A stretch of 32,000 nucleotides of DNA from Bacteroidales bacterium (GTDB taxonomy: Bacteria > Bacteroidota > Bacteroidia > Bacteroidales > UBA932): the NCBI GenBank assembly GCA_036659275.1, contig JAVXCW010000008.1, positions 7,467 through 39,466 of the forward strand, in the 5' to 3' direction. The position numbers and the translations under genes were made by a program. This document shows, one piece after another, positions 17,502-25,150 of the stretch. A model generated the notes under the pieces. That model ran no database searches and was not told where the DNA came from. It worked only from the letters and a program-made list of their open reading frames with translations. The stretch's first letter is position 1; each line of letters opens with the position of its first letter.

Positions 17502-19583
17502 ATGAATTTTAATAAATTAATATTTTATACTTTGGCGGCAATAATGTTGCTAAGTTGTTCTAAAAGTGTTAAAGAGGGTTATAGTAGATATGATTACCCT
17601 AATATATTGGATATAAGTTATACTCCTAATGATGAGGTACGTTGTGGAGGATGGTTTACAGATGCAGGTAGCTGGTGGGGGTTTACTCTTCCTCAAAAAG
17701 GTAATTGGGTTAATGGATTTTGTGGTCCTTTTCACCTAGATATGAACAAAAGAGTGTGGTTTTCGCAAGCTATTGTAAAAGCAGGGTTTGAGACAGCAAG
17801 TGGAAATAAAGACAATTTTAATATTGATAAATCAGAAACTTTTATCCCAGATTCTCTCACTTATTTTCCGGGAGAATTGTATGTTAACGCTCTCTCTAAA
17901 AACGGAAATATTGAGCAAAGGCTCATTTTTATTGATAAAAATAACGCTTTATTACAAGTGCAAGCTAACGGAAAATTGCCTCTTATACTTTACGGTGATA
18001 CTCAGTGGAATAAAAAATGGTTTAGTAAATCAACTAATACCATGGAACTTAGTAAAAACAGTATAATTGTAAAGGATTCTTTAGGGGAGGGCTTTGCATT
18101 AACTTTTAATAAAGATGTTAAATTATTACTTAATACACCTAGCGATTCTAGTAGTAATACTGTTGGATATATTGCTAAATGTGCTGTCCCAAAAAATGAG
18201 GTTGTGATTACATTTTTTACTGCAACCAATAAGATGGATGAAATTTTATTAGGAGCAAATGAGAAATTATTAAAAAGTAAAGTTTACAGACAAGAAAATT
18301 TGGCTAGATGGAATGGCTATTTTAAGAGCGTGATAAGGGAAGATATGCCAATGGAGTATAATAGAATAGCGGCAAAATCTATTACTACACTTATTGCAAA
18401 TTGGAAAAGTGCCAGAGGTGACTTGCATTACGATGGGGTTGTACCAAGCCATGCCGTTGGATATTTTATGGGATTCTGGGGCTGGGATTCGTGGAAACAT
18501 GCTGTTGCGTTAGCCTCTTTTGCCCCTAATCTTGCAAAAGACCAAGTGAGGGCTATGTTTGATTATCAAGATAAAAATGGAATGGTTATAGATTGTATTT
18601 ATAGTGATAAAAAAGAGAATAATAATAGAGATAGCAAACCTCCTTTGGCTGCATGGGCAGTTTCAGAAATTTATAAAGCTACAGGAGATAGCTCTTTTGT
18701 AAAAGAAATTTATCCTAAGTTGGTTTCGTATTTTTATTGGTGGTTTAAGTACAGAGATAACAATAAAAACGGTATTTGTGAGTTTGGGTCATGTGATGGT
18801 ACTTTGGAGGCTGCCGCATGGGAGAGTGGAATGGATAATGCTATTAGATTTGATGATGCAAAAATGGTTTATAATGGCAAAATAAATGCTGCCGGTAAAA
18901 TTGTAGATGATAGTTTAGGTGGCTGGAGCATTAATCAAGAGTCGGTTGATTTAAATGCGTTTTTGGTTTATGAACATAAATTACTTGGAGAACTAAAGAG
19001 TGTAGCAACAAGTACAGCCAAAGACAATGGAACGGTGTCTATTATGGAAGATGTAGAATATGATGCTAACGTATGCGGACCGGCTATTGGCGAGCCGTAT
19101 CCTGTAAATATAGCAGATTATTTTTTTAGCAAAGATGAAGGATTCTTTTTTGACAAAAAATTAGATGGTGCTTTTGTTGCCCAAGAGGGAACAGAAGCGT
19201 GTATTCCACTGTGGGCTAAAATTGCAACTAAAAAACAAGCAGACGATGTTGCAGTAATTTTTACAAATAGTAATAAATTTGCAACATATATCCCTTTTCC
19301 CACAATTGCAGCTGATAATCCTAAATTTATGCCTGCCGGATACTGGAGAGGACCAATATGGTTAGATCAAGTGTACTTTGGAATTAATGGATTAAGAAAA
19401 TATGGATATACAGTGCAGGCAGATACGTTTACAAAGCAAGTTTTTGATAGACTTTATGGTTTAAAAGAGGGCGCCCCCATACACGAAAATTATAACACCC
19501 ATAATGGCAGCTTACTAAAAGCACCTCACTTTAGTTGGAGCTCTGCCCATTTGCTAATGCTTTATTTGGAGTACGGAAAGTAA
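17502..19583 (+). CDS. GH63-like (alpha/alpha)6 six-hairpin glycosidase lipoprotein, copy B
   Basis: ATG 17502 gives MNFNKLIFYTLAAIMLLSCSKS with an LLSC lipobox; the ORF-track start is GTG 17490. Motifs [51 protein letters not shown] and PIHENYNTHNG are paralogous to copy A. Confidence 0.7.
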   Translation: MNFNKLIFYTLAAIMLLSCSKSVKEGYSRYDYPNILDISYTPNDEVRCGGWFTDAGSWWGFTLPQKGNWVNGFCGPFHLDMNKRVWFSQAIVKAGFETASGNKDNFNIDKSETFIPDSLTYFPGELYVNALSKNGNIEQRLIFIDKNNALLQVQANGKLPLILYGDTQWNKKWFSKSTNTMELSKNSIIVKDSLGEGFALTFNKDVKLLLNTPSDSSSNTVGYIAKCAVPKNEVVITFFTATNKMDEILLGANEKLLKSKVYRQENLARWNGYFKSVIREDMPMEYNRIAAKSITTLIANWKSARGDLHYDGVVPSHAVGYFMGFWGWDSWKHAVALASFAPNLAKDQVRAMFDYQDKNGMVIDCIYSDKKENNNRDSKPPLAAWAVSEIYKATGDSSFVKEIYPKLVSYFYWWFKYRDNNKNGICEFGSCDGTLEAAAWESGMDNAIRFDDAKMVYNGKINAAGKIVDDSLGGWSINQESVDLNAFLVYEHKLLGELKSVATSTAKDNGTVSIMEDVEYDANVCGPAIGEPYPVNIADYFFSKDEGFFFDKKLDGAFVAQEGTEACIPLWAKIATKKQADDVAVIFTNSNKFATYIPFPTIAADNPKFMPAGYWRGPIWLDQVYFGINGLRKYGYTVQADTFTKQVFDRLYGLKEGAPIHENYNTHNGSLLKAPHFSWSSAHLLMLYLEYGK

Positions 19584-19612
19584 TAAATAATTGTTAATCA
19601 ATTTATAATAAT

Positions 19613-19900
19613 ATGTTTACAGTAATAGGCATAATGTTTATTGGGCTTGGGCTAGGACTTTTGTTAAAAAGAATCCAATGGCTTAGGCATGTTTCAAAAA
19701 CAATTTCGTATACAATATATTTACTCCTGTTTTTATTAGGAATATCGGTTGGAGCAAATAAGGAGATAGTAAACAATTTGGGGACATTGGGATGGCAAGC
19801 TTTTATTCTTGCTTTTGCCGGGGCTATTGGGAGTGCATTGGCTGCATTAATTGTTTACAAGTGTTTTTTTGAGAGCAAGGAGGTGAATAATGAAAGGTAG
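19613..19900 (+). CDS. LysO/YbjE-family (DUF340) membrane protein, N-terminal-type small subunit
   Basis: 95 aa and hydrophobic. MFTVIGIMFIGLGLGLLLKRIQ...YLLLFLLGISVG aligns by eye with my recollection of the N-terminus of E. coli YbjE (MFSGLLIIL...YLILFFMGISL). Confidence 0.75.
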   Translation: MFTVIGIMFIGLGLGLLLKRIQWLRHVSKTISYTIYLLLFLLGISVGANKEIVNNLGTLGWQAFILAFAGAIGSALAALIVYKCFFESKEVNNER

Positions 19901-20525
19901 TTTAATTGTTGTTGGCTTTTTTGCTCTAGGATGTATTTTAGGATGGGCAGGTGAGGGACAATGGCTACCTCAGTTTTTAGTGAGTGGCAGCGTTACAACT
20001 TATGTACTATATTTACTTATGTTACAGGTAGGTATAAGTATAGGATCGGATAAAAAATTATTTGAAATTTTGTGTAGCATAAGGCCAAAATTACTTTTGG
20101 TTCCTTTGGCTACAATTGTGGGGACTTTAACGTTTTCGGCACTTGTTAGTTTAGTACTTGCAAAATGGAGCGTCTTTGATTGCTTGGCGGTAGGAAGTGG
20201 TTTTGCGTATTATTCACTTTCGTCAATACTAATAACCGAACTTAAGGAGGCCTCTTTGGGGGTGCAATTGGCAGCAGAACTAGGAACTATTGCTCTTATG
20301 GCAAATATAATGAGAGAGGTAATGGCATTGCTTTTTGCTCCGTTGTTTTACAAATATTTTGGAAAATTTGCTCCAATAAGTGTTGGAGGAGCTACTACAA
20401 TGGATACAACGCTCCCTATTATTACAAAATGTTGTGGAAAAGAGTTGGTGTTTGTCTCAATTTTTCATGGCGTATTGGTAGATTTTACTGTGCCACTGTT
20501 TGTATCGTTTTTCTGCTCATTATAG
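19890..20525 (+). CDS. LysO/YbjE-family (DUF340) membrane protein, C-terminal-type large subunit
   Basis: 211 aa. GSGFAYYSLSSILITE and GGATTMDTTLPIITK...HGVLVDFTVPLFVSFF parallel my recollection of YbjE ASGFGWYSLSGILLTE and CGATSMDFTLPVLQR...HGFILSLLVPILIAFF. Overlaps the previous gene by 11 nt. Confidence 0.8.
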   Translation: MKGSLIVVGFFALGCILGWAGEGQWLPQFLVSGSVTTYVLYLLMLQVGISIGSDKKLFEILCSIRPKLLLVPLATIVGTLTFSALVSLVLAKWSVFDCLAVGSGFAYYSLSSILITELKEASLGVQLAAELGTIALMANIMREVMALLFAPLFYKYFGKFAPISVGGATTMDTTLPIITKCCGKELVFVSIFHGVLVDFTVPLFVSFFCSL

Positions 20526-20567
20526 AAATCTATTAAGCAGTTTTCATAATAATTATTATACTTTTTG

Positions 20568-20575
20568 TATATTTG
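20568..20575 (+). promoter_or_regulatory. candidate -7 promoter box for galK
   Basis: TATATTTG matches TAnnTTTG exactly and ends 49 nt upstream of ATG 20624. Confidence 0.35.
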
Positions 20576-20623
20576 AGAAATAGAAAAGAATTGAATTTTT
20601 AAAAATAAAACATATAAAATGCT

Positions 20624-21796
20624 ATGAGAGAGACTATAAATAAGGCATTCCTTAGTAAATTTGGAACTAATGGAGAGCAATACGCTTCTAGCGGACGTAT
20701 TAATTTAATTGGAGAACACACAGATTATAATGGAGGATTTGTTTTTCCGGGTGCAATTGATAAATGTATTATTGCTGAAATTAAACCAAATGGCTTAGGA
20801 GATAAAACAGGGGAAGAGGTTGTAAGAGCATATTCTCTTGATGTAAAGAATGAGAATAATTATGTAGAATTTGGCCTTAAAGAACAAGATGCTCCAAAAG
20901 AGAGCTGGGCAAGATATATTTTTGGGGTTTGTAGAGAAATTGCAAAAAGAGGGGGAATAATTAAAGGATTTGATACAGTTGTTGCAGGAAATGTTCCACT
21001 TGGAGCAGGAATGTCTTCTTCGGCGGCACTAGAGAGCACGTATGCATTTGCTCTTAATACAATTTTTAATTTAGGAATAGATAAATTTGAACTTGCAAAA
21101 ATAGGACAAAGTACAGAGCATAATTATTGCGGAGTAAAATGCGGAATTATGGATCAATTTGCCTCTATATTTGGAAAAGAGGGAAGCCTTATTAGATTAG
21201 ATTGTCGCTCCTTGGAATATGAATATTTTCCGTTTAATCCTAAAGGATATAAATTGGTCTTATTGGATACCGTTGTTAAACATGAGCTTGCCAGCAGTGC
21301 TTACAACAAACGCCGCGAGAGCTGCGAAAGGGCTGCCAAAGCCATTAGGGAAAACGGACATCCTAATGTAGAATTTCTTAGAGACGCTACAATGCAGATG
21401 CTTTACCAAGTTAAAAGTAAAATTTTAGCAGAAGATTATATGCGTGCAGAGTATGTGATAGGGGAAGTACAACGCGTTCTTGATGTTTGTGATGCTCTTG
21501 GTAAAGGTGATTACGAAACAGTTGGGATAAAAATGTATGAAACTCACTATGGTATGAGTAAATTATATGAAGTAAGCTGCGAGGAATTAGATTATCTTAA
21601 TGATATTGCCAAGGAGTGCGGTGTTACCGGCTCACGTGTTATGGGCGGAGGTTTTGGCGGCTGTACTATAAATCTTGTAAAAGATGGGCTTTATGATAGC
21701 TTTATTGCAAAAGCAAAAAAACAATACAATTCAAAATTTGGTCATGAGCCTAAGGTGTATGATGTGGTAATTAGTAACGGTGCAAGGAAACTATAA
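20624..21796 (+). CDS. galK: galactokinase
   Basis: 390 aa. Galactokinase signature GRINLIGEHTDYNGGFVFP. GHMP-kinase ATP loop PLGAGMSSSAALE. C-terminal GSRVMGGGFGGCTINL. Confidence 0.95.
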   Translation: MRETINKAFLSKFGTNGEQYASSGRINLIGEHTDYNGGFVFPGAIDKCIIAEIKPNGLGDKTGEEVVRAYSLDVKNENNYVEFGLKEQDAPKESWARYIFGVCREIAKRGGIIKGFDTVVAGNVPLGAGMSSSAALESTYAFALNTIFNLGIDKFELAKIGQSTEHNYCGVKCGIMDQFASIFGKEGSLIRLDCRSLEYEYFPFNPKGYKLVLLDTVVKHELASSAYNKRRESCERAAKAIRENGHPNVEFLRDATMQMLYQVKSKILAEDYMRAEYVIGEVQRVLDVCDALGKGDYETVGIKMYETHYGMSKLYEVSCEELDYLNDIAKECGVTGSRVMGGGFGGCTINLVKDGLYDSFIAKAKKQYNSKFGHEPKVYDVVISNGARKL

Positions 21797-21841
21797 ACAA
21801 TTTCTTATTGTACATTTGTATTTGAATTAAAAAAATTAATA

Positions 21842-22744
21842 ATGAAACCTACTTTATTTATCTTGGCTGCCGGAATGGGGAGCCGTTACGGAGGATTAAA
21901 ACAGTTGGACGGACTTGGTCCCAACGGTGAAACAATTATGGACTACTCGGTTTTTGACGCTATAAGAGGCGGATTTGGAAAAGTAGTCTTTGTAATTAGG
22001 AAAGATTTTGAACAAGATTTTAACGAAAAAATTGCAAGCAAATATAGAAACCATATTCCGGTAGAGACCGTATTCCAATCTAAAGATGCTTTACCTGCAG
22101 GTTTTACATGCCCTGCAGAAAGAGTTAAACCATGGGGAACTAATCACGCTGTAATGATGGGCGAAAATGTTATAAATGAGCCGTTTGCTGTAATTAATGC
22201 AGACGATTTTTATGGCAGAGAGAGTTATGCTGTTCTGGCAAAAGCTCTTATAGAAATGGAAGGAACTAATAATAATTACTGCATGGTTGGTTATAGGGTT
22301 GGAAATACCCTTTCGGAGAGCGGAACAGTAGCAAGGGGCGTTTGCGAAACCAATGTAAAAGGCTTTCTTACCAATGTTGTGGAGCGGACAGAGGTAATAA
22401 GGAGAGAAGGTAAAGTCTCATATAAAGATGAAAAAGGGGAGTGGACTATCATTGAGGATAATACCCCTGTTTCTATGAATATGTGGGGCTTTACTCCCGA
22501 TTATTTTATCCATTCTAATGAGATGTTTGTAGATTTTTTAAATAATCTTAATGGTAATTTAAAAGCTGAGTACTTTATTCCGCTGGTAGTAAATAATCTT
22601 ATTAAAGCCAAAACTGCTACCGTTAAGGTACTGGATACCCCTTCCAAATGGTTTGGAGTAACCTACGCTACCGATAGACAAGGTGTTGTAGATAAGATTC
22701 AAACTCTTGTAAATGCCGGCGAGTATCCTGCTAAGCTTTGGTAA
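21842..22744 (+). CDS. sugar-phosphate nucleotidyltransferase-fold protein of unassigned specificity
   Basis: 300 aa. N-terminal glycine-rich NTP loop LFILAAGMGSRYGGLKQLD. KPWGTNHAV and VINADDFYG motifs fit the nucleotide-diphospho-sugar transferase fold. No GalT HPH-type motif. It sits between galK and galM. Confidence 0.75.
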   Translation: MKPTLFILAAGMGSRYGGLKQLDGLGPNGETIMDYSVFDAIRGGFGKVVFVIRKDFEQDFNEKIASKYRNHIPVETVFQSKDALPAGFTCPAERVKPWGTNHAVMMGENVINEPFAVINADDFYGRESYAVLAKALIEMEGTNNNYCMVGYRVGNTLSESGTVARGVCETNVKGFLTNVVERTEVIRREGKVSYKDEKGEWTIIEDNTPVSMNMWGFTPDYFIHSNEMFVDFLNNLNGNLKAEYFIPLVVNNLIKAKTATVKVLDTPSKWFGVTYATDRQGVVDKIQTLVNAGEYPAKLW

Positions 22745-22766
22745 TCTTATTCTTATAAAATAAACT

Positions 22767-23843
22767 ATGACAATCACCGAAAATAAATTTGGACAAACCC
22801 CTGCCGGAGAAGAAATTTTTCTGTATACCATGGATTGTGGTGGGGGAATATCCCTCAAATTCTGTAATATAGGGGCTGCAATTGTTTCTATTTGTGTTCC
22901 CGATAAAAATGGAGTTATTGAGGATGTGGTACTTGGGTACGATAATCTTATGTACTATATTGGAGATGGCCCTTGCTTTGGTAAGGTTCCGGGTAGAATT
23001 GCCAACCGCATAGCAGATGGAAAATTTACGCTTAACGGAGAAATCTATACACTACCTATTAACAATGGCCCTAATCATAATCATGGTGGAAATAATGGAT
23101 ATGCCAATCGTGTTTGGAAATCTAAAATAGAAGCCAATACAGTTCTGTTTACCCTTACTGCCCCAAACGGAGACGATGGTTATCCGGGTGCAGTTGAGGT
23201 AAATGCACGCTATAAATGGTTATCCCAAGATAAAAATATTAATGGTGAAAATATTATTGGGAAACTGGCCATTGAACTTACCGGTAGCACCGATTCTCTT
23301 ACAATCCTTAACCTTACTAATCATTCCTACTTTAATCTTAAAGGGGATGGTAAAGGGTTAATTCTTAATCATTATCTTAAACTGGCAGCATCACATTATC
23401 TTCCTACCGATTCAACATTAATTCCTACAGGAGAATTGGCCTCTGTGGCTGGCACACCTATGGATTTTACAAAAGCAAACTCTATAGGGAGCCGTATAGA
23501 AACCTATTTTCCAGCCCTTAAATATGGCAAGGGATACGATGCCTGCTGGGTAGTTGATAACTGGAATGGAAATTTAAAACGTGTGGCAGAACTAAGCACT
23601 AATGAGAACGGCCGAAAATTAAATGTATATTCAGATCAGCCGGGCGTAATTATCTATACCGGCAACTGGCTAGAAGGTTGCCAAGAGGGCAAACAAGGAC
23701 ATATTTATTCAAATTATTCAGGTGTAGCTATTGAGTGTCAAAAGTTCCCTGCAGCCCCCAACCGCCCTTCCTTCCCAAGCGTAGTGATTCATAAAGGAGA
23801 TACCTATGCAAACAATATAGTATTTGAGTTTGCTATTATTTGA
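22767..23843 (+). CDS. galM: aldose 1-epimerase (galactose mutarotase)
   Basis: 358 aa. GKVPGRIANRIADGKFTLNGEIYTLPINNGPNHNHGG matches the mutarotase signature G-R-x-A-N-R-I...N-x-L-H-G-G. Later SGVAIECQKFPAAPN carries the catalytic-Glu region. Confidence 0.9.
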   Translation: MTITENKFGQTPAGEEIFLYTMDCGGGISLKFCNIGAAIVSICVPDKNGVIEDVVLGYDNLMYYIGDGPCFGKVPGRIANRIADGKFTLNGEIYTLPINNGPNHNHGGNNGYANRVWKSKIEANTVLFTLTAPNGDDGYPGAVEVNARYKWLSQDKNINGENIIGKLAIELTGSTDSLTILNLTNHSYFNLKGDGKGLILNHYLKLAASHYLPTDSTLIPTGELASVAGTPMDFTKANSIGSRIETYFPALKYGKGYDACWVVDNWNGNLKRVAELSTNENGRKLNVYSDQPGVIIYTGNWLEGCQEGKQGHIYSNYSGVAIECQKFPAAPNRPSFPSVVIHKGDTYANNIVFEFAII

Positions 23844-23875
23844 GAAGGTAAAATTTAAATTATAAAATTATATTC

Positions 23876-25081
23876 ATGAAACAATTTTTATCTTTATTGG
23901 CAGCTATTTGTATGGTAACTGCCGTTTGCGCACAGTCTATTGAGCGTGTTTCTCCTAAAGATGCCGGAATGGATCCGGTACGTTTAACAAGAGTTGATGA
24001 TATTATTAATAATTCTATTAAGAAGGGTGAGATACCGGGAGCTGTTCTTGCTGTTGTAAGGGATGGTAAATTAGCATATATTAAGGCTTATGGAAATAAA
24101 AGTGTATATCCCAAAGTTGAGCCTATGACGGAAAATACCATTTTTGATTTAGCATCGTGTAGCAAAGTGGTAGGCACTACTATGAGCATGATGAGGCTTT
24201 TAGAGCAAGGATATTATAGACTTACCGATAAAGTTGAAATGTATATTCCCGGTTTTAGGCCGTATATAGATACTGCAACAGGAGAGAAAATAGATATAAG
24301 AATTATTGATTTACTAACTCATTCATCGGGGCTTCCACCTTATGTGGCTCCCCAAGAGGTAATTAAAAAGTGTGGAAAAGCAAATCCCGATAGTCTTATG
24401 AGTTACATTTGTACCATGAAAAGGGATTTTAAACCAACAACCCGTTTCCAGTATAGTTGTCTCAATTTTATTACTTTGCAAAATATTCTACAGCGCATTA
24501 CCGGAGAAAAGCTTTGCGATTTTGCACAAAAGAATGTATTTGATGTGCTTGGTATGAAACACACTACTTATCTACCCATTAACCACCCTAATCTTATGCC
24601 ACTTGTAGCCCCAACAGAGAAACAACCAAATGGGAAAGTTTTACTTGGCGAGGTTCACGATCCGCTTGCAAGAGTAATGAATTATGGTAATTCCGGTAAT
24701 GCAGGAGTATTTTCAAATGCGGAAGATTTATCTATTTTGGCCGCTGCTCTAATGAATGGCGGAGAATATATGGGGACACGAGTCCTTGGAGAGCTTACTG
24801 TTAAAACAATGATAACAGTTCCTAAAGAAGTTAAATCTCTTGGTCGTTCACTTGGTTGGGATAATTATTCCCCTTATGCTTCAAATAACGGTAATCTTTT
24901 TCATCCAACTAAAACATTTGGACATACAGGCTATACAGGAACATCAATTATCATTGATCCTATATCAAAAACTGCTGTTATACTACTAGCTCATAGGGTT
25001 CATCCTGCCGATAAAGGAAGTGTGGTGAGACTTAGGGCATTAGTTGCAAATGCAGTTGCCGGTGCTATAATTGGACATTGA
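23876..25081 (+). CDS. secreted beta-lactamase-fold serine hydrolase
   Basis: 401 aa. Signal peptide ending CA/Q. SxxK active-site motif in FDLASCSKVVGT. LLTHSSGLPPY. H-T-G in FGHTGYTGTS stands in place of the KTG triad. Confidence 0.85.
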   Translation: MKQFLSLLAAICMVTAVCAQSIERVSPKDAGMDPVRLTRVDDIINNSIKKGEIPGAVLAVVRDGKLAYIKAYGNKSVYPKVEPMTENTIFDLASCSKVVGTTMSMMRLLEQGYYRLTDKVEMYIPGFRPYIDTATGEKIDIRIIDLLTHSSGLPPYVAPQEVIKKCGKANPDSLMSYICTMKRDFKPTTRFQYSCLNFITLQNILQRITGEKLCDFAQKNVFDVLGMKHTTYLPINHPNLMPLVAPTEKQPNGKVLLGEVHDPLARVMNYGNSGNAGVFSNAEDLSILAAALMNGGEYMGTRVLGELTVKTMITVPKEVKSLGRSLGWDNYSPYASNNGNLFHPTKTFGHTGYTGTSIIIDPISKTAVILLAHRVHPADKGSVVRLRALVANAVAGAIIGH

Positions 25082-25124
25082 GTAAATTAGTCTTATAAAA
25101 TTTTGCTAAAATCTTTGAAATGAA

Positions 25125-25132
25125 TATATTTG
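25125..25132 (+). promoter_or_regulatory. candidate -7 promoter box for the LruC-domain gene
   Basis: TATATTTG matches TAnnTTTG exactly and ends 18 nt upstream of ATG 25151. Confidence 0.35.
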
Positions 25133-25150
25133 TAACAAAATACTAATGCT

